Source: Gammaproteobacteria bacterium (GTDB lineage Bacteria; Pseudomonadota; Gammaproteobacteria; Ga0077536). From it: 64,000 nt of DNA. The translations under genes were made by a program, and so were the position numbers. The stretch is taken from assembly GCA_050186725.1 (NCBI GenBank), contig JBFWYG010000007.1, positions 732-64,731 of the forward strand, given 5' to 3'. Below the pieces are notes generated by a model, which worked only from the letters and a program-made list of their open reading frames with translations, was not told the origin of the DNA and did no database searches. Below are positions 38,487 to 52,593 of the stretch, piece by piece. Every line of letters begins with the position of its first letter. Position 1 is the first letter of the stretch.

Positions 38487-39782
38487 TCAGAGGTTGGAGA
38501 TGAGGGCGTCGCCGAATTCGCTGCACTTGACTTCCCTGGCGCCCTCCATCAGCCGCGCGAAGTCATAGGTCACGGTCTTCTGACCGATGGTCTTGTCCAT
38601 CGCTGAGATGATCAGGTCAGCCGCTTCGGTCCAGCCCATGTAGCGCAGCATCATCTCGCCGGACAGCAGCACCGAGCCGGGGTTGACCTTGTCCTGGTTG
38701 GCGTACTTTGGCGCGGTGCCGTGGGTCGCCTCGAAGATCGCGTGTCCGGTGTCGTAGTTGATGTTGCCGCCTGGCGCGATGCCGATGCCACCGACCTGGG
38801 CGGCCAGCGCGTCGGACAGGTAATCGCCGTTCAGGTTCATGGTCGCGATGACGTCGAAGTCCGTCGGCCGGGTCATGACCTGCTGCAGCGTGATATCCGC
38901 GATGGCGTCCTTGACGAGGATGCGGCCGGCGGCCAGCGCCTTCTCCTGCTCCTCGTTGGCGGCCTTGGCGCCCTGCGCCGCGACGGTGCGCTCCCACTGC
39001 TCCCAGGTGTAGGTCTGGCCGGGGAACTCCTTCTCGGCCAGCGCGTAGCCCCAGTTCCGGAACGCGCCTTCCGTGAACTTCATGATGTTGCCCTTGTGCA
39101 CGAAGGTCAGGCTCTTGCGCTTGTTGTCGACGGCGTACTTGATCGCCGCGCGCACCAGGCGTTCGGTGCCGTCGCGCGACACGGCCTTGATGCCGATGCC
39201 CGAACTGCCCGGGAAGCGAATCTTCTTGAACGCGTCCGGGAAGTTCTGCTGGAAGAGCTGCATGAACTTGTCGTTCTCGGTGCTGCCCGCCTCGAATTCG
39301 ATACCGGCGTAGATGTCCTCGGTGTTCTCACGGAAGATCACCATGTCGACGTCCTGCGGGCGCTTGACCGGCGAGGGCACGCCGTCGAACCAACGCACCG
39401 GACGCAGGCACACGTACAGATCGAGGATCTGGCGCAGCGCCACGTTCAGCGACCGGATGCCGCCGCCCACCGGGGTCGTCAGCGGACCCTTTATCGCGAC
39501 CAGGAACTCGCGGCAGGCATCGAGGGTTTCCTCCGGCAGCCACGAGCCGGTGAGGTTGTTGGCCTTCTCGCCGGCGTACACTTCCATCCACTGGATTTCG
39601 CGCGCGCCGCCGTAGGCCTTCTTCACCGCGGCGTCGAGCACGCGCACGCTGGCGCGCCAGGTGTCGGCGCCGATGCCGTCACCTTCGATGAAGGGCACGA
39701 TGGGGTTGACCGGCACCTGCAACTTGCCATTGACGATGGAAATCTTCGCGCCATTGGCGGGAACTGTAATTTTCGCGGTCAC
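38487..39782 (-). CDS. icd: NADP-dependent isocitrate dehydrogenase
   Basis: A GTG start ([14 protein letters not shown]...) with GGAGG 6 nt upstream, lying inside track ORF 38487..39836. IEGDGIG and NLNGDYLSD motifs are present. Confidence 0.9.
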   Translation of the reverse strand: MTAKITVPANGAKISIVNGKLQVPVNPIVPFIEGDGIGADTWRASVRVLDAAVKKAYGGAREIQWMEVYAGEKANNLTGSWLPEETLDACREFLVAIKGPLTTPVGGGIRSLNVALRQILDLYVCLRPVRWFDGVPSPVKRPQDVDMVIFRENTEDIYAGIEFEAGSTENDKFMQLFQQNFPDAFKKIRFPGSSGIGIKAVSRDGTERLVRAAIKYAVDNKRKSLTFVHKGNIMKFTEGAFRNWGYALAEKEFPGQTYTWEQWERTVAAQGAKAANEEQEKALAAGRILVKDAIADITLQQVMTRPTDFDVIATMNLNGDYLSDALAAQVGGIGIAPGGNINYDTGHAIFEATHGTAPKYANQDKVNPGSVLLSGEMMLRYMGWTEAADLIISAMDKTIGQKTVTYDFARLMEGAREVKCSEFGDALISNL

Positions 39783-39939
39783 CAGACTGCCTCCGAATTT
39801 CGTACGCGCATCAAAGAGAAACGGATGGAATGCCATGGCGATGTTATGTGAATTCGAAGAAATCGCGCAACTGCGAGCGGCGGGCTTTCAGCGGTGGAAT
39901 CGCCGGGTTTTCGCGCTGCCGCCGACGTGCACGCAAACG

Positions 39940-40831
39940 GGTCGGATGCATGACTGAAGCGCACGACGCGGCACCGTTTCCGCACATCGCGGCCGATAGT
40001 CTGCTGCTCGGCTGCGGTTACCTCGGCGCCGCGATGCTACCCGGCCTCGGCGGCACGGTGCGGGCGGTGACCCGTGGCACGGCGCGCCACGCGGCGCTGT
40101 CGGCGTCGGGCGCGCGCTGCCTCGCGGCGGATCTCGCCGCTCCGGACCTGGACGCGCGGCTCGCGCCGCACCTCGAGGGTTTCGACGGCCTGGTGTTCGT
40201 GCTGGCGCCACCTTCGGCCTGGCCCGGGGAAGAGGTCGCGGCAGCGTTCGCCCGTCTGCTGGCGCTGCTGGCGCGGCTGCGCGTGCGGCGTGGCGTGCTG
40301 GCGTCCAGCACGGCGGTGTATGGCGACGCCGCCGGCGCGGTGATCGGCGCCGATGCGCCGCTGGACGAGACCGCACCGCGCAGCCGCAAGCTCGTCGCCA
40401 TCGAGCGCGCCTGGCTCGCCGCGGATTTCGATGCGCGCGTGGTGCGGCTCGCGGGACTGTACGGGCCGGGGCGGGTGATCGGGCTGGACAGCGTGCGCAG
40501 CGGGGACGCGCTGCCCGGTGACGGCGAGGCCTGGCTGAACCTGCTGCATATCGAAGATGCGGCGCGCGCGATGCTGACCACGGCGCTGGCGCCCGCGCCG
40601 CTGCGCGCAGCCCTGATCAGCGACGGCACGCCGCTGCGACGGCGCGACTACTACGCCGCGTTGGCGGCGCAGCTTGGCGCGCCGGCGCCGCGCTTCGGCG
40701 CCGAGGGCGGACGTGGCGTCGGCTCGCGCCGTTGCGATCCGCGCTCGAGCTGGGCGGCGCTCGGCTGCGCGCCGCGCTGGCCGGATGCGCGGCTGGCGCT
40801 GGCGCCGACGCTCGAGCTCAGTGGGCGATGA
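39940..40831 (+). CDS. NAD-dependent epimerase/dehydratase family protein (atypical SDR)
   Basis: Starts MTEAHDAAPF. It has an extended-SDR-like fold but weak motifs. Confidence 0.55.
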
Positions 40832-41780
40832 ACTGGCCGACCGCGCGACTGCCGTCGCCGGTCGGAATGGTCGCCACCACCTGCAGGGTGTCGGCATCCA
40901 GCACCGACAGATCGTTGCTGAACCAGTTCGCGACATAGACCCGGCGCTGTTCGACCGCGATGTCGATGCCCTCGGGGTAGTCACCGACGGTGACGCGCGC
41001 GATCTCCTCGAGGTTGACGAGATCCAGCACCGAGACGGTGCCGTCGCTCTGGTTGGTGACGAACAGGCGACCCCGCAACGGGTCGTAGGCGCTGGCGTAG
41101 GGCATGTCGCCGACCGCGAGCGTGGTGCTCGGTTGCAGCGCGTGGAGGTCGAGAATGGTGATCTCGTCACTCTGCACGTTGGCGACGAACGCGTACTGGC
41201 CGTTCGGCGCCATGGTCACGCCGAACGGCGCCTGACCGACCGCGATGCGCGCTTCGGTCATGCCGCTCGTGGTATCGATGACGCTGACCTGGTTGTCGTC
41301 GCGGTTGGCGACCAGGAGGCGCTTGCCGTCGGGCGTCAGCGCGAGCCCGCAGGGCACGGCGCCGGTCTTGTATTCACCGCGTGGCGCGAGCGTCACGGCG
41401 TCGAACACGCGCACCACGTTGCCGTCCCAGTCCGCGACGTAGACCCGGCCGGCTCGGCTGTCGGCGACCACGCCGAGCGGGCTGATGCCGGCCTCGACCT
41501 GCTGGCTCACTGTCAGCGTGTCCATGTCGATGGAGGTCAGCCGCCGACCCTTGGTGCTGGTCACGAACACCAGCCGGCGGCGCGGGTCGATGGCGACGCC
41601 GACCGGGTCCTCCGCGACGGGAAGCTTGGCGCGCGTCTTGCCCCCGTCGAGCGCGACGACGCTCACGGTGTCGTCGCCCTGGTTGGAGACGAACGCCAGC
41701 GGACCCGTGTCCGCCGCCGCACAGGACCAGGACGCCAGCGCCAGCAGGCAGGCCTGTGGCCAGCGGTCGCGGGCGCGCAC
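40818..41780 (-). CDS. YVTN-family beta-propeller repeat protein (secreted)
   Basis: Repeated V(A/T)xDxxxxRLYVAN-type blades, a signal peptide and a GTG start. Confidence 0.7.
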   Translation of the reverse strand: MRARDRWPQACLLALASWSCAAADTGPLAFVSNQGDDTVSVVALDGGKTRAKLPVAEDPVGVAIDPRRRLVFVTSTKGRRLTSIDMDTLTVSQQVEAGISPLGVVADSRAGRVYVADWDGNVVRVFDAVTLAPRGEYKTGAVPCGLALTPDGKRLLVANRDDNQVSVIDTTSGMTEARIAVGQAPFGVTMAPNGQYAFVANVQSDEITILDLHALQPSTTLAVGDMPYASAYDPLRGRLFVTNQSDGTVSVLDLVNLEEIARVTVGDYPEGIDIAVEQRRVYVANWFSNDLSVLDADTLQVVATIPTGDGSRAVGQFIAH

Positions 41781-42326
41781 TTACTTCTCCGCCAGTTCCT
41801 TGATGCGCGCGAGGCCCGCCTGGTAGGAGCCGGTGACGGCCTTGGTGGCGGCCTCGTCGTTTTGTGCCGGCGGCGGGTTGTTGTTGGGATGACCGCGGTA
41901 GAAGCCACCGCGCCACGACACCGTCGAGGTGCCGTCGCCGTTGTCCGTCACCGCGAGAAAGGACGAGTAGGTGGTGACCGGCAGGATGTTCATGTCCGTT
42001 TTCGTAATCTTGTACTTGTAGATCATGGCGGCCGCGTCGTACTTCTGCAGCTCTTCGCTGACCTGCGGATTGCCGTCCGCGGCGATGGTCAGCACGCGCG
42101 TCGCGCCGACCTCGTTGCCACCGGTGCCGGTGCACTTCGCGATCCCGGGATGCCATTTCTCGATGGCGCAGAAATCGGCGATGAGGCTCCACACCTTGGC
42201 GGCCGGCGCCTCGACCACCACGGACTCTTCCACCTTCAGTCGGCTCGGGCCGTGAGCAAGACTCTGACCGGCGTATAACAGGCAGGCCAACAGCAGCAGG
42301 ACAGTGCGTAGCATGAGAATCTCCAT
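41781..42326 (-). CDS. SRPBCC (START/Bet v1-like) secreted protein
   Basis: Starts MEILMLRTVLLLLACLLYAGQSLA (signal peptide). Its stop abuts the YVTN start. Confidence 0.5.
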   Translation of the reverse strand: MEILMLRTVLLLLACLLYAGQSLAHGPSRLKVEESVVVEAPAAKVWSLIADFCAIEKWHPGIAKCTGTGGNEVGATRVLTIAADGNPQVSEELQKYDAAAMIYKYKITKTDMNILPVTTYSSFLAVTDNGDGTSTVSWRGGFYRGHPNNNPPPAQNDEAATKAVTGSYQAGLARIKELAEK

Positions 42327-42442
42327 CGAGCGGTTGAAGGGTGCGCGAGGCGGCGTTGCGAAGGCGCGGCGGGCGCGGGCGCATGGTAATCGCTCGCCCG
42401 ATCGGGGCCAACCGCGCACGTGGCGAGCGAGGGCGGCCTGAC

Positions 42443-43813
42443 GTGGGCGCCTCGGTGGTGTGGCTCAGGCGCGATCTCCGCGTTCACGATCATCCGGCGC
42501 TCAGCGCCGCGGCCGGCCGCGGCGAGCCCCTGCTGCTGGTCTACGTGCTGGAGGACGACGATCCGTGGGCGCCGGGCGGCGCGATGCGCGACTGGTTGCA
42601 CCGCAGCCTCGCGAGCCTCGAGACGGAGCTCGAGAAACACGGTCACCGCCTGGTGTACCTGCGCGGCGCGGCCTGCGAGCAGCTGCCGGCGCTGGTCGCG
42701 GCGGTAGGCGCCGACGCGCTCTACTGCCTGCGCCGCTACGAGCCCCATGGGCGCGCGGTCGACGAGGCGCTGGCCACCACGCTCGCGCCCGACTGCACGA
42801 TGCACGTGCTGCCGGGCAACCTGCTGTTCGAGCCGGAGGCCGTCAGCACCGGCGGTGGCACGCCGTTTCGCGTTTTCACCCCTTACTACCGCGCCTGCCT
42901 GCAGTGCGGCGCGCCGCCGGCGCCGCTGCCGCCACCACGACGCTGGCCGGCGGCGCTCGACTGGCGGGGCGGACTGTCGCTCGCGGCGCTCGAACTCCAG
43001 CCGCGCATCGCCTGGGCGGACGGCATCCGCGCGCGCTGGCCGGCCGGCGAGCACGCCGCGCACCTCGCGCTCGATACCTTCCTCGACGAGCGCGTGGGCG
43101 AGTACGCGGCGCGTCGCGACCGACCGGCCATCACTGGCACTTCCGCGCTCTCGCCCTACCTGGCGGTCGGCGCGCTCAGCGCGCGCAGCGCCTGGCAGGC
43201 GGCCCAGCAGGGTGGGCGCGCCACCGCCGACGCCTGGCTGCGGCAACTCGTGTGGCGCGAGTTCGCCTACCATCTGCTGTTCCACTTCCCGCACACGCCG
43301 ACCGCGCCATTTCGCCCGGAGTGGTCCGAGTTCCAGTGGTGCGAGGCGCCCGCGGCACTCGCGCGCTGGCAGCGCGGCGAGACCGGTATCCCGCTGGTCG
43401 ACGCCGGCATGCGCGAGCTGTGGGTCACGGGCTACATGCACAACCGCGTGCGCATGGTGGTGGCATCGCTGCTGTGCAAGCACCTCGGCGTGCACTGGCT
43501 GGCGGGCGCGCGCTGGTTCTGGGACACCCTGGTGGACGCCGATCTCGCCAACAACACTCTGGGCTGGCAATGGACCGCCGGTTGCGGCGCGGACGCGGCG
43601 CCCTATTTCCGCATCTTCAACCCGGTGAGCCAGGGGGTGAAGTTCGATGCGGACGGCGCCTACGTGCGGCACTGGCTGCCGGCGCGGGCGCAGCTGCTGG
43701 ACGCGGCCGTGCATGACCTCGCCGTGCCGGCGACCGGCTACCCCGCGCCCATCGTCGATCTCGCCGCGGGGCGCGAGGCGGCCCTGGCGCGCTACGCCGC
43801 CCTCAAGCGGTGA
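42443..43813 (+). CDS. phrB: deoxyribodipyrimidine photolyase
   Basis: A GTG start at VVWLRRDLRVHDHPAL and the FAD-binding region TGYPLVDAGMREL...WMHNRVRM are present. Confidence 0.85.
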   Translation: MGASVVWLRRDLRVHDHPALSAAAGRGEPLLLVYVLEDDDPWAPGGAMRDWLHRSLASLETELEKHGHRLVYLRGAACEQLPALVAAVGADALYCLRRYEPHGRAVDEALATTLAPDCTMHVLPGNLLFEPEAVSTGGGTPFRVFTPYYRACLQCGAPPAPLPPPRRWPAALDWRGGLSLAALELQPRIAWADGIRARWPAGEHAAHLALDTFLDERVGEYAARRDRPAITGTSALSPYLAVGALSARSAWQAAQQGGRATADAWLRQLVWREFAYHLLFHFPHTPTAPFRPEWSEFQWCEAPAALARWQRGETGIPLVDAGMRELWVTGYMHNRVRMVVASLLCKHLGVHWLAGARWFWDTLVDADLANNTLGWQWTAGCGADAAPYFRIFNPVSQGVKFDADGAYVRHWLPARAQLLDAAVHDLAVPATGYPAPIVDLAAGREAALARYAALKR

Positions 43814-44253
43814 GCGCCCGTCGCGCCACGCTGCTGCTCGGCCTGCTGCTGAGCGTGGCGGCCCGCGCGGACGGGCTGAGCGTGCTGCGCATCGAGCGCG
43901 CCGATGGCGTGCAGGTGGTGTTCGAAGCAGAGATCGCGCGTTCGCTCACGGCGCGCCGCAGCGGCCTGATGGGCCGCTATGCGCTGCCCGCGCGCCGGGG
44001 CATGTTGTTCGATTTCGCGCGCAGCGGCACGGTCACGATGTGGATGAAGGACACGCCGCTGCCGCTCGACATGTTGTTCTTGGACGAGTCCGGACGCGTG
44101 CAGTGGCTGTACGCCGACGCGGTGCCCGGGTCGCTGACCCTGATCTCCGCGCCGATGCCGGCGCGCTACGTGCTCGAGATCAATGGCGGCGAGGCGCGGG
44201 CGCACGGTCTCGCGGTGGGCGACGTGGTGCGCGGCGCGGCCCTGCGGCGCTAG
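43810..44253 (+). CDS. DUF192 domain-containing protein
   Basis: 147 aa with a signal peptide. The GTGA overlaps the phr stop. Confidence 0.6.
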   Translation: MSARRATLLLGLLLSVAARADGLSVLRIERADGVQVVFEAEIARSLTARRSGLMGRYALPARRGMLFDFARSGTVTMWMKDTPLPLDMLFLDESGRVQWLYADAVPGSLTLISAPMPARYVLEINGGEARAHGLAVGDVVRGAALRR

Positions 44254-44747
44254 CCGGTCTTGGCCATGAAGGCCTTGAACGCCGCGCCGAAGCCGTCCAG
44301 CGAAAGCGGCACCTTGATGGGCTTGCGCGCGCCGTCGTAGAAGGTGATTTCGAGCTGGCGTCCCTGGGCAAGCTGCTGCGCCGTGCTGTCGCGCAGTTTC
44401 ATCGCGGCGCGGCAGCCGTCCGGTTCGCAGCGCTCGATGGGAAAGGTCGCCGGCGCGCCGGTGTCGATGCGGATGGTCACGCCGGGTGGCAGCGCGATGC
44501 CGAGCGGCAGGCTCAGCAGGACGGTGGGCTGGGTGTCCGGTGGCACGCGTCCAACGCCGAACTGCAGCACCGGTTCGCCGCCGGTCTTCAGCACCAGGTT
44601 CTGGAACAGGATGCATTCCGGCCGACCGTCCTGGTCGGCGCAGCGCAAGGTCCAACTGCCGAACACGTCCTGGCTGTCCTCCGCCTTGAGCGCCGGCGGC
44701 GCGGCGAGCAGCACGAGGAGCGGCAGCAGTGGCAGGTGGCGGTGCAT
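44250..44747 (-). CDS. invasion-associated locus B (IalB) family protein
   Basis: Starts MHRHLPLLPLLVLLAAP. Motifs WTLRC and RCEPDGC are present. Confidence 0.6.
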   Translation of the reverse strand: MHRHLPLLPLLVLLAAPPALKAEDSQDVFGSWTLRCADQDGRPECILFQNLVLKTGGEPVLQFGVGRVPPDTQPTVLLSLPLGIALPPGVTIRIDTGAPATFPIERCEPDGCRAAMKLRDSTAQQLAQGRQLEITFYDGARKPIKVPLSLDGFGAAFKAFMAKTG

Positions 44748-44776
44748 CGGCGCGATACGCTTGAGGATGGCGCACT

Positions 44777-45250
44777 CTACCGTAGTTCTCCGCCGCCCGG
44801 CAGCGTGCGTGCGCGCCACCAGGCTGGAACGCGCGGCGTCTCCACCACGTCGTAATCGTCGTAGGGCTTCAGATCCAGCACCGGGCTGCCGTGCCAGGCG
44901 TCCAGGCGCCGCACGGTGAGGCGCGCGCCGTTCACCGCCAGCAGTTCCACCACCGCCAGCCCGATGCCGTTCGGATGGTTGCGCCCGCGCGCCGCGAACA
45001 CGCCCACCGGGGGCTGTCGTGGGTCATGGCGCAAGGTCACCTGCAGATCGGGCGCCGGGCGCGCGCGGTCCAGCCCGAACAGCACGAACAGGTGCGAGTA
45101 GTCGCCGATGCCGGTCAGGCCCTGGTCGTAGGGTGGGAACATCTCGATGGTGGAGATCATCTCGCGGCGTCGCCGCGCCACTTCGTCGTCGGGCACGTCG
45201 GTCAGGATCCGGCCCAGCGGGCGCCACTGGAAGCTTTGCTCGGAATGCAT
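44777..45250 (-). CDS. trmO: tRNA (m6t6A37) methyltransferase TrmO (YaeB family, core domain only)
   Basis: Starts MHSEQSFQWRPLGRI. Motifs FSHLFVLF, GVFA.R..HPNGIGL and PVLDLKPY are present. The N-terminal 200-aa extension in the track is an Arg-rich artifact. Confidence 0.7.
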   Translation of the reverse strand: MHSEQSFQWRPLGRILTDVPDDEVARRRREMISTIEMFPPYDQGLTGIGDYSHLFVLFGLDRARPAPDLQVTLRHDPRQPPVGVFAARGRNHPNGIGLAVVELLAVNGARLTVRRLDAWHGSPVLDLKPYDDYDVVETPRVPAWWRARTLPGGGELR

Positions 45251-45391
45251 GTCGCGTCGTCCGTCGTCGAGGTAAAGGCGTAGCGGCGCCGGGCCGATAA
45301 GGTCGTCGCGGCCGAGGATGCGGCCGCTGACCACGCACACTGTATAAGACCGCGACCACGCATGCTGCCCGCCCGCAACCAGGAATCGGTG

Positions 45392-46606
45392 ATGCCCGGA
45401 CGGCTGCGTCCGTTCGCGCCCTTTGCGCTGCTGCCGACGGATCAGCTGATCCTGGCCGCCGGACGCACGCTGCTTAAGCGCTTTCGTGATGGCGACGTGC
45501 TGCTCCCGCGCGGCAGTCGCGATGCGGCCGATTACTTCCTGCTCGAAGGGCGCGTGCTCCTGCTCGACCCGGATGGCAATTCGCGCCTGATCGCGAGCGG
45601 CACGCCGGACGCCGCGAACCCTGTCTCGCCTTTGCGACCTTCGCTGTTCGAGGTCCGCGCGCTCGGGCCGGTGGCCTGCGCCAAGGTGGCGCGTGATGAC
45701 CTCGAGGTGCTGCGCGATGTGGCCCGCCGATTGTCCGGCGCGCCGCCGAGCGCCGCGCCGGATCCAGAGGCCACCATCGGCCTGTTCGACTCGCTCGAAG
45801 CGGACATCGCCGCCGAGAGGCTCAAGCTTCCCAGCCTGCCGGATCACGCGCTGCGCGTGCGCGCCGCGATCGCCGACGCCAACTGCGATGCGCGGCGCAT
45901 CGCCGACCTGCTCGCGGCGGACCCCGCGGTGGCGGCCAAGATTCTCAAGATTGCCAACAGTCCACTGTGCCGTGGGACGACGGCCGTGAATTCACTGCGC
46001 GAAGCGGTCAATCGCATCGGGCTCTTCACGGTCGGCGAACTGGTGGTGTGCTTCTCGCTCAAGGACCTGTTCAAGACCAGCGCGCCGGGGCTGCGCGAGC
46101 GCTTCGGCGAACTCGTCATCGAGGCGGTGCGGGTCGGCGCCGCGGCGAGCGTGGTCGCGACGCGGGTGCGCGGCGTAGGCGCGGAACAGGCGCTGGTCGC
46201 CGGACTGCTCAGCAACATCGGTGACTACGTGGTGCTGGAGCGCCTCGCCAGTCAGCCTGCGCTGCTCGCCGACGCCTCGCGCCTCGAACGCGCGCTGGTC
46301 CAGCACGGGCCGCGCATCGGCGCGCTCGTGTGTCGGCACTGGCAGCTCGGTGACGAGGTCGTCGAGGCCGTGGCCCGCGCCCGTGACTGGAGTCACCAGG
46401 CTGACGGCGCGGCGTCCCTCGCGGAGGTGGTGCTGTGCGCGCGCTACCACGCGCTGCTCAGCCTGCAGAAGACGGCGCAGCTGGTGAAGCCGGCCGAGAT
46501 CCCGGCGCTGCGCGTGCTGGGCGAGACGCTCACACCGCAGGTGAGCGTGGAGATCATCCGCGAGTCGCGTGCGCGGGTCGAGGCTCTGCAACAGGCGCTC
46601 GGCTGA
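45392..46606 (+). CDS. HDOD domain-containing signalling protein with N-terminal cNMP-binding-like region
   Basis: Starts MPGRL. An HDOD core lies in the C-terminal half. Confidence 0.65.
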   Translation: MPGRLRPFAPFALLPTDQLILAAGRTLLKRFRDGDVLLPRGSRDAADYFLLEGRVLLLDPDGNSRLIASGTPDAANPVSPLRPSLFEVRALGPVACAKVARDDLEVLRDVARRLSGAPPSAAPDPEATIGLFDSLEADIAAERLKLPSLPDHALRVRAAIADANCDARRIADLLAADPAVAAKILKIANSPLCRGTTAVNSLREAVNRIGLFTVGELVVCFSLKDLFKTSAPGLRERFGELVIEAVRVGAAASVVATRVRGVGAEQALVAGLLSNIGDYVVLERLASQPALLADASRLERALVQHGPRIGALVCRHWQLGDEVVEAVARARDWSHQADGAASLAEVVLCARYHALLSLQKTAQLVKPAEIPALRVLGETLTPQVSVEIIRESRARVEALQQALG

Positions 46607-46673
46607 GTCTCTCACCGGCGACCGTACATGGTCGCGCATGGTCGTCTGGGGCCGAAAGCGTTACCCTCGGCGC

Positions 46674-51008
<4,335 letters not shown>

Positions 51009-51042
51009 GCGCGCCGACCTCGTCTCGGGCGCGCGGCCAGCC

Positions 51043-52191
51043 ATGAAGATCGTCCTCGCGCCGGATTCGTTCAAGGAGAGCCTGGCGGCCGCGGAGGTGG
51101 CGGCGGCGCTGGCCGAAGGCCTGGCCCTGGTGCTGCCGGCAGCCCACCTGGTGTGCGTGCCGGTGGCGGACGGCGGCGAAGGCACGCTTGACGCACTGCT
51201 CGCCGCCACGGGTGGCCATGAGCACCACGTCTCCGTGCACGGTCCGCGTGCCGGGATGGTCAGCGCAAGGCTGGGCGTGCTGGGTGGCGGCGACGTGGCG
51301 GTCATCGAGTCCGCGCAGGCTGCCGGACTGGCGCTCGTGCCGCCCGACGCTCGGGATCCGCTGCGGACCACTTCCTATGGCATTGGTGAACTCGTGCTCG
51401 CCGCGCTCGACCTGGGGTTGCGGCGTTTCGTGGTCTGCCTCGGCGGCACGGCCACCGTCGACGGGGGCGCCGGCATGCTGCAGGCGCTGGGGGCGGTGTT
51501 CCTGGACGCGCGCGGGCGGTCGCTCGCGGCGCCCTTGCGCGGCGCCGACCTGGCTCAGGTGGCGAGCGTCCGGCTGGACGGCTTCGACGCGCGCATCGCC
51601 GCGAGCGACTTCCAGATCGCCTGTGACGTCGACAATCCTCTTACCGGCCCGCTGGGCGCGGCCGCGGTGTTCGGCCCGCAGAAAGGCGCGACGCCGGCGC
51701 AGGTCCCGCGCCTGGACGCCGGACTCGACACGTTGCACCGCGCGCTCGCCGCCAGCACCGGCCGGCAGGTCGCCGAGGTACCCGGCGCGGGTGCAGCAGG
51801 CGGCCTGGGCGCCGCCGCAATGGCCTGCCTGCCCGGCGCGCTGCGGCCCGGCATCGAACTGGTGATGGCCGCGGTCGATCTCGCGGGCCATCTCGCCGAT
51901 GCCGATGTGGTGGTGACGGGGGAGGGCAGGGTCGACAGCCAGACCCTGCACGGGAAGGCGCCGGCCGGCGTGGCCCGCCTCGCTCGCACGCTCGGTGTGC
52001 CGGTGGTCGCTATAGGTGGCAGCCTCCCCGCCGAGCGGGACCTGCTGCTGGCGCCGACCTTCGATGCCTTCGAAGCGGTCGTCACCGCGCCATGCACTCT
52101 GGCCGAGGCCCTGGCCGATGCACGTCCGATGCTGGTGGCTGCCGGCGTGCGCCTCGGCCGCTGGCTCAAACTCCTCGACGCCCGGGCCTAG
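51043..52191 (+). CDS. glxK: glycerate kinase
   Basis: Starts MKIVLAPDSFKESL. Motifs ADGGEGT and AAVFGPQKGATP are present. Confidence 0.85.
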   Translation: MKIVLAPDSFKESLAAAEVAAALAEGLALVLPAAHLVCVPVADGGEGTLDALLAATGGHEHHVSVHGPRAGMVSARLGVLGGGDVAVIESAQAAGLALVPPDARDPLRTTSYGIGELVLAALDLGLRRFVVCLGGTATVDGGAGMLQALGAVFLDARGRSLAAPLRGADLAQVASVRLDGFDARIAASDFQIACDVDNPLTGPLGAAAVFGPQKGATPAQVPRLDAGLDTLHRALAASTGRQVAEVPGAGAAGGLGAAAMACLPGALRPGIELVMAAVDLAGHLADADVVVTGEGRVDSQTLHGKAPAGVARLARTLGVPVVAIGGSLPAERDLLLAPTFDAFEAVVTAPCTLAEALADARPMLVAAGVRLGRWLKLLDARA

Positions 52192-52302
52192 ATCCACATC
52201 GCTCATCTCAAGACCGAGTAGCCGCCCGTTCGGGCAAAAAATTTTCTCTTGAGAATTCCAAGCGGTAACAAACAAGCTCCGTGTCATTCCAGCCTGTGCA
52301 GC

Positions 52303-52333
52303 AGGATGGTTCGCATCCTTCGTGCCACGGATG
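52303..52333. promoter_or_regulatory. candidate HipB operator: GGATG-N5-CATCC-N10-GGATG repeats in AT-rich hipB promoter
   Basis: Seen in the sequence about 40-65 bp upstream of the proposed hipB start. It resembles the E. coli TATCC-N8-GGATA operator logic. Confidence 0.35.
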
Positions 52334-52369
52334 TATCTTGCGCAGACTATCTTTGCGTACGGGAAATTT

Positions 52370-52588
52370 ATGTCTCCGGAGGAGTTCGGTCGCCTCGTTC
52401 GTGCCGAAAGGCGGCAACAGAAGCTTAGACAGGGCGAACTGGCCGCCTTGGCCGGTGTCGGTAACCGTTTCCTGTCGGATCTCGAAAACGGCAAACCGAC
52501 GGTAGAGTTGGGACGGGCGCTGCAGGTGCTCGGCATGCTGGGCCTGACGATGAGCGTCAGGCCGCGCGACTGGCGAGACGTCGAGTAA
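52370..52588 (+). CDS. hipB: HipB-like XRE-family HTH antitoxin
   Basis: Starts MSPEEFGRLVR (track ORF 52322..52588). HTH motif QGELAALAGVGNRFLSDLENGK. Lies 5 nt upstream of hipA. Confidence 0.7.
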   Translation: MSPEEFGRLVRAERRQQKLRQGELAALAGVGNRFLSDLENGKPTVELGRALQVLGMLGLTMSVRPRDWRDVE

Positions 52589-52593
52589 GGGGT

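Noticed and set aside
44777-45847. 356-aa version of the TrmO ORF with a 200-aa Arg-rich N-terminal extension
   Set aside because: Only the C-terminal 157 aa align with TrmO/YaeB. The extension is low complexity and overlaps the divergent HDOD gene promoter.
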